This document shows positions 18,984-29,492 of a DNA stretch of 64,000 nt, one piece after another. The notes below the pieces were generated by a model that was not told where the DNA came from, did not search any database, and was given only the letters and a program-made list of their open reading frames with translations. The position numbers and the translations under genes are program-made. Numbering within the stretch: position 1 is the first letter of the stretch; each line of letters opens with the position of its first letter. Source of the stretch: a virus; the IMG/VR virus record IMGVR_UViG_3300033150_001583, positions 8,849-72,848 of that record; one strand, given 5' to 3'.

Positions 18984-20506
18984 GAAATATAACTTCAACT
19001 CAACAAGAGATTCTTAATTCCAATGAAAGAAAAGTAGTCCAAACTGTAAAAATATATAGAAATGATTATCCTGATACTCCTATTAATATCACTAGTAGAG
19101 TTGAGGATATTCGTATAAATTATGATTTAAATTCTAGAAACGCCACATGCCAGCTTACTATAGATAATTCTGATTATACTTACTCTCCTCATAATAGAAA
19201 CAGCAATATTAATCAAGTGAATTCGGTTTACAATCCCCTACTCTACCCTAACCATAAGGTAGAAATTTTTGCGGGGTTTGAAACATCACAAGGAAATGAA
19301 GAATGGCAGTTATTTACTGGTATTACTGGCGATGAAATAAATACTCAAACTATTCCAGGAAAAATTTTAATGACAATAAGAGATATGTCAAAGAGACTTC
19401 AAGATAAATATGTATATCTTTCTCAATCTTATGATTATCAATTGGCTGAAGATGTAATTCAAGGATTATTAAATGAATTTGGTTTTACTGATATAAATTT
19501 GATAGTTAGCGAACCAACTAATTATGTTATTCAACATTATCAGATTAAGGATAGTAACCTTTGGGATGGACTCCAAAAAATAGCTGATCTTATGGGTTGG
19601 ATTTTAATGTTTAATTACAAGGGAGATTTAATATTTAAAAAGGTAAATGATGGGTCTTCTCCCGCAAAAATTTTTGGCGAGAATGAATTCATTAGAGAGG
19701 AAATTAACATTACTGATGCCGATATACGCAACGTAATAAAGGTCAAAGTTCAAACTCCTGATGGCGTTATTGATGTTGAATTAAGAGATCAATCTTCTAT
19801 TGATGAGTTTGGAGAACGTTTTATGGAGGTTGATCGTGATCTAAGTTCGATGATACATACTTACGAGCAGGCTTTTCAGCTTGCAAGTGCTATTTTAAGA
19901 GATTTAGCACATTTTAAAGAACCTTATACTCTTCCTCTACCCCTCTACCCTCCTATTGAGCTTGATGATATTGTTGCTTCTCAGAGTAGTAAGACGGGTT
20001 TAGAGGGGACGGAGTTATTTAAAGTTGTTGGTATTGAACATCAAATAAGTGCTACTTCTAAGAGAACGGTTTTGAATTTACAAAGTTATATTCCACCAGA
20101 AGAAACTACGGGCAAAATACCCAACCCTCCCTCTGGTCTAATAGGAGAAATAATTTCGCGGGAAATAAATAACTACCCGAATTCAGGTTGGACTGGTAAT
20201 ACTAAGACAGTTTATTATCCGAAAATTTCTTTTACTAAACCTACTCAAAATACTGATGGAACTGCTTTAGATAATTTAGCGGGATATTTAGTAGCCAGAT
20301 CTACTACTTCTTCTACTGATGGTTTTATTCAGTTAAAGTCTGTTCCTGCTTTTGATGCTCAAGGTAATGATCGGACGTTTTTTATAGATTACTCTGCTCC
20401 TGCGGGAAATTGTTGGTATAAAATGGCTGCTATAAATACCCAAGGCAGGATTTCGAGTTATTCGGGAATGGTTCAGGTCACAGTTCCTACGGTTAATATC
20501 AGCTAA
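18980..20506 (+). CDS. Baseplate hub / tail-associated (Tal-like) protein with C-terminal FN3-like domain
   Basis: Hub-like motifs ('IRNVIKV', 'SIDEFGER'); C-terminal 'PNPPSGL...WYKMAAIN..G.IS.YS' FN3 pattern. Confidence 0.7.
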   Translation: MRNITSTQQEILNSNERKVVQTVKIYRNDYPDTPINITSRVEDIRINYDLNSRNATCQLTIDNSDYTYSPHNRNSNINQVNSVYNPLLYPNHKVEIFAGFETSQGNEEWQLFTGITGDEINTQTIPGKILMTIRDMSKRLQDKYVYLSQSYDYQLAEDVIQGLLNEFGFTDINLIVSEPTNYVIQHYQIKDSNLWDGLQKIADLMGWILMFNYKGDLIFKKVNDGSSPAKIFGENEFIREEINITDADIRNVIKVKVQTPDGVIDVELRDQSSIDEFGERFMEVDRDLSSMIHTYEQAFQLASAILRDLAHFKEPYTLPLPLYPPIELDDIVASQSSKTGLEGTELFKVVGIEHQISATSKRTVLNLQSYIPPEETTGKIPNPPSGLIGEIISREINNYPNSGWTGNTKTVYYPKISFTKPTQNTDGTALDNLAGYLVARSTTSSTDGFIQLKSVPAFDAQGNDRTFFIDYSAPAGNCWYKMAAINTQGRISSYSGMVQVTVPTVNIS

Positions 20507-20541
20507 TATTGGAATATACTTAGAACTGAGGTGATCATGGA

Positions 20542-23500
20542 ATGTACTCGCCCACTTCTTCAAGATGGTTTAAATACGAAACAGTAACAAGACAAAGCTA
20601 TTCTGATTTTGGTGAAGTAGTTCAAATTAACAACGATAATACAGTTAATGTACACATTTTGGGTTACAACAGTGTTGGAGATCCAATTCTCTTAGAAAAG
20701 GTGCAGGTCGAAGGAAACTATACACCTAAAGTGGGCGATTGGGTAAGTATTGAGTGGAAAAATGGCAATCCTGTTGTAACTTCGGGATTAATAAGTTCTA
20801 CTATAAATTTAAATGATTACTCGGCAACTATAACCTCTTCTACTCAGATAACGAGTGGTGTTATAATTGGAGATCATATTAGTTCTAGAACAATTTCGGC
20901 GGAAAAAATTCAAACAGGTACAATTACGGCAAACGAAATACAAACAGGTACTATTACTGCTGATTCAGGTATTATTGCTGATGCTGCCATTACTACAGCT
21001 AAGATAGCTGATCTTGCTGTTTCTGAAGCTAAAATAGCCGATTTAGCCGTTACTGAAGCAAAAATTGCTGACTTGGCTGTTACTACTGCAAAAATTAATG
21101 ATCTTGCCGTTACTGAAGCTAAAATAGCAGATTTAGCTGTTACTAATGCTAAAATTAATGATTTGGATGCTTCTAAAATTACTGCTGGTGATATAGCTGG
21201 AGAAAGATTAAAAGCAAATGTTATTAGTGCTATTAATGCTCATGTACAAGGTTTAGATGTTAGTCAGGTGGATGCTGATAATATACATGCGGATGCTATT
21301 GAGGTTAATGTAATTGATGCAATTAATGCTAATGTTGGATTTGCGGAAATTGATGGGGCTATAATTCAGGATGCTACTATTACTACTGCAAAAATAGCTG
21401 ATTTATCCGTTACTAATGCTAAAATTAGTGATCTTAATGCTTCTAAAATTACCGCTGGTGATATAGCTGCGGATAGAATGAAAGCTAATGTAGTTGATGC
21501 TATTAATTTATACACTGGTACGGCTCGAATTGATCAAGCTAAAATTGAGGATCTAGATGCTTCTAAAATTGTTAGTGGTACTATTGATACTACGAAGGTT
21601 ACTATTTCTACTAATGCTAGTGGTACTGGTGCTAGATTAGATTTTCTTTATGATGGTATGTATATTTTTGATGATGCTGATAATGTAATGGCTCGTTTGA
21701 CTAACGAAGGTTTTGTTGTTCATGTTCCTGGTGGGATAAAAATAGATAGTGGTGGAACTATTAGGGTTGGCCCAACTGAAGATATTGTAATTAGTGGAGA
21801 AGGAATAAAGTCGAAGGCTGGTGGAGATAATTACACGGCTTTCTTTACTGGAGATGGTTTAAGATTTGAAGATCCCAACAATCCTCAGAAACAGTTAATA
21901 ATGAGTGCAGGTGAAATTAAATTAACTACAGACGGAGGACAAACGGTTTCTACAGCTTTAACTCCTGATGGGTTTTATGGCAATCTTTTGGTTGATTATT
22001 CTTTACCACCTGAAAAATTTGATACTACTCCCCCCGCTATTCCTACTTGGAGAGAAGAAGGTTTGACTTCGGTTGTTGAACAAACTTCGGGGGGAGAGAT
22101 AGTTTGTATTATTGTTAAGTGGAATGAAGTATCTGATGATGATCTTGAGGGGTATAAGATTTATCTTCAGGAAGAGGGTTCTACGGTATTTTATCCTATA
22201 GCTGTTGTGGGCAAAACAAATGAATATAAAATTCGCGGGGTAAAATCAAACACAACGTATAAAGTGAAAGTATCTTCTTTTGACAGACAAGGTAATGAGT
22301 GTAATACTTCTACTCCACTTGATAATAACTTGACTACTTATGAAAAAACTATAGTTACTGTAAAAGATACAGTAGCTCCCGCACAACCAGTAAGTTCTCC
22401 AATTATAGTAAATGGTTTAAAAGAATTCGGTATAAAGTGGAATGAAGTAACTACCAATGAAGATGGTTCTGAGTGTCTTGATTTGGCTTATTATGAGCTA
22501 CAAAGATATTCTTCTAAAGATGAAAAATGGACTACTATAGCAAAGATTAAGGGAATTTCTTTTGTTGATGACGATGTTGAATATAGCGTTGAGTATAAAT
22601 ATCGTTATAGGGCAGTAGATACGAGTGGAAATGTGTCGGATTGGTCTCCAGAAACTTTTGCAGGGGAACCGACAAAAGTAGGTTCTAATGATATTGTTGC
22701 AAATTCGATTACCACTAGCCATATTTCAACTACAGGTCTTGATGCTAGCGTTATTACTTCAGGAAAAATTCATGGTAGTATGATTGAAGCAGATACTATT
22801 ACGGCAGATAAGTTTGAAAGTAGATTACATGGTGATATAGTTCAGGCATTAAGGTATGTTCAGAGTAAATTAAGTGAATTACTTTATACTTGGCAGAGTT
22901 CTCAAGAAAATTATGATAGTGGTACTTATAATGGTACGTGTTCTTATAATGGAATTTTGATGTTGGAAACTGTTCATAAGTGGGATGAGGATGGGCTTGA
23001 ATGGGATGATCCTGATTTATATTGGGATAAGCCTGTAGTAACACAGGGTACTTGGGAAAGTCCAGTCTTGGATATTGGTGAAAATACAACAGTGTTAAAT
23101 ATTTGCAGGATGTCTTACAGTGTGCCTTCAGGTGCGTCTTTAACTGTATATACGAGGTATTCAGAAGATGGTGTTAATTGGACGGAGTATGAGGAATTTA
23201 AAGGAGTAGTTACAACTTGTAGATATGCTCAGTTTAAAATTGAATTACAGGTGCAAAATACCGATGAAAATATTTATTTAGATAACTTTGAATTTGAGTT
23301 TTATATTAATGATGATTCAACTTTTGTTGATAATATCTTAACTCTTAATGCTGGTTATAAGGGCGATTCCCCTACTGAAGAGTATGGTTTAGAAATAGAA
23401 AGAGGGTCTTTGCGAAATGCTTCGTTGATTTGGGATGGTTCTAATGATGTATGGAAGGCTGGATTAAAGGGATATGAAGAGGAAATTATTCTAGCTAATA

Positions 23501-24225
23501 ATCCTGCTAATATACCAGGAGTTAGTCCACAGCTTTTCCAAATTGGTGGAGGAGCACAATTAAAAAATAATTCTGGTGTTCTTGAAATTAGAAATTCAGT
23601 CGATAGTGATTATGCGGACTTGGTTGTAAAAGATTTGACAGTAAAAGGAACAACTATAACTATTGAGTCTCAGGTAGTTAATATTGGAGATAGTATTATT
23701 ACTTTAAATGAAGATGGAAACAGTATTTGTTACAACAATGGTAATGTAGGTATAGGTACAACAAATTTTACTCATGATGAACATACTGACCCAATAAAAT
23801 TTAACACTGAAGGCACATTCCATAGATTTGCGAGGGAAAATTCTGACCCCCATTTGGAATTATTTTTTAATGGGATACCATCTGTTAATGCTACTGTGGG
23901 AAGACTTAAATTTATGGGGAAAAATAGTATAGGAACATGTGTGGGGTTTGCTCAAATTGTTGGTGGAGTAACAGACTCTACGAATGGGGCAGAAAAAGGT
24001 TATTTAACGTTTAATATTAATAGTGGAGGAAATACTCCGTCTTGGGGATTACGTGAAGTAATGAGAATTACTAGTGATGAAAATGTTGGCATAGGAACAA
24101 CTTCTCCTGATGAAAAACTAGAAGTAGTAGGCAAAACCAAATCTTCTGAAGGCTTTGAGACAGGCAACTTTGAGATTGTCTATAATAGTTCGACTAAGAG
24201 TTTAGATTTTAACGTGGTAGCGTAA
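20542..24225 (+). CDS. Central tail fibre / host-specificity protein
   Basis: N-terminal OB-like part, 10-aa AKIADLAVT repeats, two FN3 domains, C-terminal 'NVGIGTT' fibre repeats. Confidence 0.8.
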   Translation: MYSPTSSRWFKYETVTRQSYSDFGEVVQINNDNTVNVHILGYNSVGDPILLEKVQVEGNYTPKVGDWVSIEWKNGNPVVTSGLISSTINLNDYSATITSSTQITSGVIIGDHISSRTISAEKIQTGTITANEIQTGTITADSGIIADAAITTAKIADLAVSEAKIADLAVTEAKIADLAVTTAKINDLAVTEAKIADLAVTNAKINDLDASKITAGDIAGERLKANVISAINAHVQGLDVSQVDADNIHADAIEVNVIDAINANVGFAEIDGAIIQDATITTAKIADLSVTNAKISDLNASKITAGDIAADRMKANVVDAINLYTGTARIDQAKIEDLDASKIVSGTIDTTKVTISTNASGTGARLDFLYDGMYIFDDADNVMARLTNEGFVVHVPGGIKIDSGGTIRVGPTEDIVISGEGIKSKAGGDNYTAFFTGDGLRFEDPNNPQKQLIMSAGEIKLTTDGGQTVSTALTPDGFYGNLLVDYSLPPEKFDTTPPAIPTWREEGLTSVVEQTSGGEIVCIIVKWNEVSDDDLEGYKIYLQEEGSTVFYPIAVVGKTNEYKIRGVKSNTTYKVKVSSFDRQGNECNTSTPLDNNLTTYEKTIVTVKDTVAPAQPVSSPIIVNGLKEFGIKWNEVTTNEDGSECLDLAYYELQRYSSKDEKWTTIAKIKGISFVDDDVEYSVEYKYRYRAVDTSGNVSDWSPETFAGEPTKVGSNDIVANSITTSHISTTGLDASVITSGKIHGSMIEADTITADKFESRLHGDIVQALRYVQSKLSELLYTWQSSQENYDSGTYNGTCSYNGILMLETVHKWDEDGLEWDDPDLYWDKPVVTQGTWESPVLDIGENTTVLNICRMSYSVPSGASLTVYTRYSEDGVNWTEYEEFKGVVTTCRYAQFKIELQVQNTDENIYLDNFEFEFYINDDSTFVDNILTLNAGYKGDSPTEEYGLEIERGSLRNASLIWDGSNDVWKAGLKGYEEEIILANNPANIPGVSPQLFQIGGGAQLKNNSGVLEIRNSVDSDYADLVVKDLTVKGTTITIESQVVNIGDSIITLNEDGNSICYNNGNVGIGTTNFTHDEHTDPIKFNTEGTFHRFARENSDPHLELFFNGIPSVNATVGRLKFMGKNSIGTCVGFAQIVGGVTDSTNGAEKGYLTFNINSGGNTPSWGLREVMRITSDENVGIGTTSPDEKLEVVGKTKSSEGFETGNFEIVYNSSTKSLDFNVVA
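20980..21570 (+). repeat. Coding tandem repeats (about 30 nt; AKIADLAVT/E) and a duplicated TNAKI.DL.ASKITAGDIA..R.KANV block
   Basis: Directly visible in both DNA and translation. Confidence 0.85.
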
Positions 24226-24237
24226 GAGGGTGACGCT

Positions 24238-27200
24238 ATGGGGTTAGTAGCATGGTGGAAATTTGAAAATAGTTTATCTTCTGATGAAGGTAATATTGCA
24301 TCATTTTCCAGAGCTTCAGTAGCATATAAAGAAGATGGAACTGAGGTTACTACAAATATACCACGTTATGAAAAAGGGAAAATTGGTTACGCGGTGATGG
24401 TGGAAGAAGGAACGACGAATTTACATGATGACCCATTATTTACAAATGTTGATGCGAATAATGTTCCAACAAGTTGGACAAAGTGGATTGCTTACGATAA
24501 TACGGTGAATCCCACTGTTTATGAAGAGGGTTTAAAAAGGTTTTGTCGTTTAGAAGTAAATCCAGATGGCACTTCTCTGATACAACAGAATGAGGTCTTA
24601 ACTGTTGGTGCGGATTACACAGTGTCATATTGGGCAAGGTTAAATGTTGCTGATGTATCTCAAATTAGTTATTTAGGATTTTATTATGCCAATAACTATT
24701 ATTATCCAACAGGTATATCTTTTGATGCTGATGGTTCGACCACTATTACGATAACTGGTGGGACACTTGATTATGAAAAAATTAAACCTTCTAATCAAAA
24801 GTATCTCTATAAACTATACGATAGCGCAAATAACTTTCTTGGGTATGTGGTTGATACCGATAGTGTAAACGGAAAAGTTACACTAGACCGTTCCGTTGCT
24901 GCTGGAAGTTATACTAGTGTATACTTCAAGCATATTGACCACCGTGTGTACCATGTTCCAACTAAAGATTTAATAAGCGATAACCAGTGGACATATCAAA
25001 AATTTACGTTTTCAATACCGCTACATTACAATGAGAACGGTGCTTATATAAATACAAGTATTTGTTACAGACTTCATACTAATGACGGAATCTCAGGTTA
25101 TCTTGATATATGGCAACCACAGATTGAACAAAAACCCTACGCCACCTCCTTCACCGACGGCACCCGCTCCCCCGAAACCCTGACCATCCCCACGGCGGGG
25201 GTAATTGATAGGCCAGAATTTACTATTGGAATGTGGGCTAAGGCTAATGTAGTAAAGACGGACAGATGGCAGGGACTCTTTGATGGCAGATGGAGTCCTG
25301 GAATGCCAGTTTGTTTGGCACTACAAGTTAATACTAACTACTTGTATTTTTACTACTTAGATGAAAACGGTATCAATACTGCTTTGAATACTGGATATGT
25401 TGTTTCTAACCGTACAGCATGGCATCATTATGTTATTACCTATGCAGGCGGTATTATTCGTATTTTTGTTGACGGGGTTGAAATTAAGGAAGCAACAGTT
25501 TCGTTGCAGCAGAATAGTGGTACTCAAGTGTTTTATATTGGTCGTAGCAAGGGAAGCAACGAATGGTGGAATGGTTTTATAGATGACCTTCGTATATACG
25601 ATTATGCCCTCTCAGACAAAGAGATTAAAGAACTAGCTAAGGCTAAAATTTTACATTATAAGTTTGATGATTTTCAAGAACCTACTACTAATAATATACC
25701 TTCTCAGGATTATTTTGATGTTAATGGACTTAAAAGTGCGGTTTATGATCCAGATACAAAAGAATGGACTTTAGTTTTAGCCGCTGGTAGTTCTACTAAT
25801 TGGCGTGGGATACTTATAAAATATAGCCCAGATAAGGTTATAGAACCTGCGGGAGCGGTTATAACATACTCATGGGAGGTATATTCTGAAGAAGAGGTTC
25901 CAATTGTTGTAGATTTAAACAATTATGGCATGACTACTTCTACTGGAAGTAATGATAATAGACAGTGGGCAGAGTATCATTATGGGAATACTGTTCCTCA
26001 TCAATGGGTCAGGATGTGGGCAACATATCAAGTTAACGATGATCAAGATTATTATACTAGAAACAATATTTGCTTTGGTAATGGGTTTGTTCCTGATCAT
26101 GATGTAACTATAAAAGTAAGAAATATACAACATGAATTAAAGGATCACCCTACTTCTTTTGTTGATGGTTCTAGAGAAGGGATAGTTCATGATTGTAGTG
26201 GTTATGAACATCATGCGACATTGGATGCAGATACTCCTCAGTGGGTAGAGGACAGTAAATTGGGCGGTGGTTGCTATTATTTCAATAATAAACCTTTAGA
26301 TGGACAACATTTTCAGGAAATAGTAGCTCCGAACGTTTACATACCGCGTCAAGGTACATTATCTGCATGGATTAAGGGAACTACAGATGATCAACCATTA
26401 GATAACATATATCCATTTGGCTGGAGAAATTTTTGTACTCTAGGGCCAAGTGGTGGTACTAGTGATAGTAGAAGTGGATTAATATACTATTATAATGCAA
26501 GTAGCTATACTACTAGAAATTGGGGAGGACAGGGATTTTATGACGGTAACTGGCATTTGTATACAATAGCTTGGGATGCAGATAATGATATACTGAGGCT
26601 TTATAAGGATGGTAATAAAGTTGGTGATGATAAATCGCCAGGTACTATGTACCATATTGAAACTTTTAGAGACTTCGTAGTTGGTTCAGCATGGTCTTCA
26701 ACTTATGGTGGTCATGGAGGTTATATAGATGATGTAAGAGTTTATGCAACTATGCTATCGGACGATGATGTCAAACAACTCTACCAACAACGTGCTAGTT
26801 TAGATGATAAAGGTAATTTATATACGCATGAGTTTAAGGAACCTAGAAGTCATTTGTTAATTAAGGAACAAACTAAGAATGTGTTTGACAATGATTGGAA
26901 TTCAATGGGTACTTGGACGATAGAAGATACTGATGTTAGTGATTTTGTCGAAAGTGATCGTACTTTGGGTAATTTTTATATTGAGGGGTGGGCTTATTGT
27001 TCTTCTGCTGACTATACTCCAAGAAATATGGAGTATACGAAGTTAAACAATGATCAGGGATTTAGATGTTTCATCGAAAATTTTTTAGTGTGGCCTGATA
27101 GTTGGGGGCAAGGATGGCATTATTTCCAAGTACCAGTAACGAATGGAGATAATGTGACTTATTATAGTGTGGATCAAACGCCTTGGCATGACATGACTAG

Positions 27201-28608
27201 ACTTGAGTTTTATAGAACTGGCCCTAGTACTGGAGTAGATACTTCCCAATATATTACCCTAAAAGATGTACGCTTGGTAAAATATCTTGACAATAGAATT
27301 ATTAAGCCAAGTTTATCAAAAAATGGCATTATGTATGGATTGGAATTTAATGAAGTAGGCCCAACAGATGGGCTTATGGGCTGGTGGAAGTTGGATGAGC
27401 CTATTAATCAACTAGACTACAGTGATTTTTCTTCTATTGGTGATTGGATTGATACGGGGAATAGCCGTGTTACACCTACAATTGTAGATAGTCCAGAAGC
27501 TACAAATGGTAAGGCCATGCAGTTTGCTGGTGGAGAAGGTTGGTATTATAAGAATGTATTAATACCTTATGATCCAAATAAACTGTACTGTGTATCTGGT
27601 AGGGTAAGGCAAGTAGTGGATGATGCTAGTAGCTACTGTTATATAGGAGTAGAAGGAGTAGCTTCAGATGGAACTACTATGATAAATATTAATGGGGCTA
27701 ATTCACACTCTAGTCAACACTATATAGCAGCTTCTCATCAACTTTTAACAGTGGCTAATGGTTGGGTTACATTTAGGGGTTATTTTACAGGTCATTCTAC
27801 ATCCGCTGGAGGGCAGCATAATGATCCTAATAGCCCTGCTGCTATGTATGATGGTGTGGCGTATATTAGGCCTCTCATTATACTTAACTATAATGATGGA
27901 GTAGGAACCGCCGAGGTTGATTATATAGAAGTTAGAGAAATAGCATATGCTAAAGATGTGTCAAGATACATTAATTATGGTATAGTAAATGGGTGCATTA
28001 CTACTACTGGTATAAATGGACTAACTTACAAGTTTAATGGCATGGATGATTATATTAGTATTCCAGATAACTCTATGTATGATTTTACAAATGCATTCAC
28101 AATGAGCCTTTGGATTAAAAGAGATGCATCGTTACCTAAAACTTATAATACTACTTGGAGGGGTGTAGTTACTAAAGGCCCTTTAGTTAGTCCTTATGGC
28201 ATTTATTGGGCATCAGGTGATGGTAGCTCATCTGTAAGTAGTCAATTCGTATTTGAAGTGTATGATGGAACAACTAGAGAACGTGTTTACTTCTCTTTAG
28301 ATACAGAATGGCATCATATCTTAGCGTTATTTAATGGGAGCGAACAATCGGTATACGTCGATGGTAGCTTAGTAGGCACTAACGCTGTTTCTGCGATTAT
28401 TACAGACAATGATCCTATATATATTGGATATGGTGGAAGTGACAGGTATTTCCCAGGTAAGATAGCGGATGTACGCCTATACAACCGTGCCCTATCCCCT
28501 GAAGAAGTTAGAATCCTCTATGAGCTAACTGGTGGTTCAAGTAATAAGATGAAGTTTACTGATAATGGAATAGTTTATGTTAAAGGCCAGTTTAAGGAGG
28601 TGGGTTAG
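24238..28608 (+). CDS. Multi-LamG/concanavalin-A domain receptor-binding protein
   Basis: Several 'W.HY..T', 'G.IDD.R.Y..ALS..E.' LamG signatures plus CBM-like segments. Confidence 0.85.
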   Translation: MGLVAWWKFENSLSSDEGNIASFSRASVAYKEDGTEVTTNIPRYEKGKIGYAVMVEEGTTNLHDDPLFTNVDANNVPTSWTKWIAYDNTVNPTVYEEGLKRFCRLEVNPDGTSLIQQNEVLTVGADYTVSYWARLNVADVSQISYLGFYYANNYYYPTGISFDADGSTTITITGGTLDYEKIKPSNQKYLYKLYDSANNFLGYVVDTDSVNGKVTLDRSVAAGSYTSVYFKHIDHRVYHVPTKDLISDNQWTYQKFTFSIPLHYNENGAYINTSICYRLHTNDGISGYLDIWQPQIEQKPYATSFTDGTRSPETLTIPTAGVIDRPEFTIGMWAKANVVKTDRWQGLFDGRWSPGMPVCLALQVNTNYLYFYYLDENGINTALNTGYVVSNRTAWHHYVITYAGGIIRIFVDGVEIKEATVSLQQNSGTQVFYIGRSKGSNEWWNGFIDDLRIYDYALSDKEIKELAKAKILHYKFDDFQEPTTNNIPSQDYFDVNGLKSAVYDPDTKEWTLVLAAGSSTNWRGILIKYSPDKVIEPAGAVITYSWEVYSEEEVPIVVDLNNYGMTTSTGSNDNRQWAEYHYGNTVPHQWVRMWATYQVNDDQDYYTRNNICFGNGFVPDHDVTIKVRNIQHELKDHPTSFVDGSREGIVHDCSGYEHHATLDADTPQWVEDSKLGGGCYYFNNKPLDGQHFQEIVAPNVYIPRQGTLSAWIKGTTDDQPLDNIYPFGWRNFCTLGPSGGTSDSRSGLIYYYNASSYTTRNWGGQGFYDGNWHLYTIAWDADNDILRLYKDGNKVGDDKSPGTMYHIETFRDFVVGSAWSSTYGGHGGYIDDVRVYATMLSDDDVKQLYQQRASLDDKGNLYTHEFKEPRSHLLIKEQTKNVFDNDWNSMGTWTIEDTDVSDFVESDRTLGNFYIEGWAYCSSADYTPRNMEYTKLNNDQGFRCFIENFLVWPDSWGQGWHYFQVPVTNGDNVTYYSVDQTPWHDMTRLEFYRTGPSTGVDTSQYITLKDVRLVKYLDNRIIKPSLSKNGIMYGLEFNEVGPTDGLMGWWKLDEPINQLDYSDFSSIGDWIDTGNSRVTPTIVDSPEATNGKAMQFAGGEGWYYKNVLIPYDPNKLYCVSGRVRQVVDDASSYCYIGVEGVASDGTTMININGANSHSSQHYIAASHQLLTVANGWVTFRGYFTGHSTSAGGQHNDPNSPAAMYDGVAYIRPLIILNYNDGVGTAEVDYIEVREIAYAKDVSRYINYGIVNGCITTTGINGLTYKFNGMDDYISIPDNSMYDFTNAFTMSLWIKRDASLPKTYNTTWRGVVTKGPLVSPYGIYWASGDGSSSVSSQFVFEVYDGTTRERVYFSLDTEWHHILALFNGSEQSVYVDGSLVGTNAVSAIITDNDPIYIGYGGSDRYFPGKIADVRLYNRALSPEEVRILYELTGGSSNKMKFTDNGIVYVKGQFKEVG

Positions 28609-28609
28609 G

Positions 28610-29467
28610 TTGGCTGAATTGGGGAGTACGACTATATATGGGTTTCTTAGTTTGTTAGCAGAACTAAGGCCACATCCAATACCAGCAGATCAGGCACCCA
28701 ATGGTAGCTTATTTGTAGATTCAGCGGATGAACAACTTAAATGGAAAACGAGAGATGGTACTAATATAATCTCGATAGAGGAGCTTTTTACCTCTGTCAG
28801 TAATGGTAAAACTAATATCGCTGCCGCCATTACTGACATGGGACAATCGGCATCAGGCAGCGATACATTTGATCAGTTAGCTACAGCTATTAGGAATATT
28901 TCGACTGATGCAACAGCATCTGCAAGTAATATTCTTAGTGGTAAGACAGCTTATTCTGGCGGGTCAAAAATAACAGGAACTATGCCTAATAGAGGTGCTT
29001 ACAATATAACTCCTGGTACTAGTAATAAATATATACCAGCAGGATATCATAACGGTAGTGGTGTAGTATATGGGGATGCTAATTTAGTTCCTGGTAATAT
29101 AAAAGATGGGGTTAGTATTTTTGGGGTAGTTGGTAATCTGATTCCTGGAATTGAGTATGCTTCAGGTTCAACTACATCATCTACAATAAGTGCCGAAGTA
29201 GGATTTAGATCTCAGGTGATTATAGTCAGGAATACTGCTGGTGGTGGGGCTTGGTTTATTACTGATAGTCCTGAATTGCCTTATAGAGCATTAGATGTCT
29301 CTCACGTCTACCAAACGTACTACAACAATTGTATTTATATGAGATATGATGGTTATTGTTATCGTACAGATGTAAGTGGTATAACCGATACAGGTTTTTC
29401 AATAACTTTACCTAATCCTCCGACAACTGGCACTTATGAATGGATAGCTTATGCATATGGATGGTAA
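28610..29467 (+). CDS. Tail fibre protein
   Basis: Likely TTG start (MAELGSTTIYG) behind AAGGAGG; 'GK..IA.AIT..G..A....TF..L', 'DATA.A.NILSGKTAY..G.KITGTM' and 'N..PGNIK.GVSIFGV.G' are typical clostridial phage fibre motifs. Confidence 0.75.
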   Translation: MAELGSTTIYGFLSLLAELRPHPIPADQAPNGSLFVDSADEQLKWKTRDGTNIISIEELFTSVSNGKTNIAAAITDMGQSASGSDTFDQLATAIRNISTDATASASNILSGKTAYSGGSKITGTMPNRGAYNITPGTSNKYIPAGYHNGSGVVYGDANLVPGNIKDGVSIFGVVGNLIPGIEYASGSTTSSTISAEVGFRSQVIIVRNTAGGGAWFITDSPELPYRALDVSHVYQTYYNNCIYMRYDGYCYRTDVSGITDTGFSITLPNPPTTGTYEWIAYAYGW

Positions 29468-29492
29468 TCTTAAAGTAGAAGGGGGAGATTAA

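Noticed and set aside
29250-29467. Fibre C-terminus as a diversity-generating retroelement variable region
   Set aside because: No reverse transcriptase and no template-repeat copy seen in this window; cannot be excluded for the rest of the genome.
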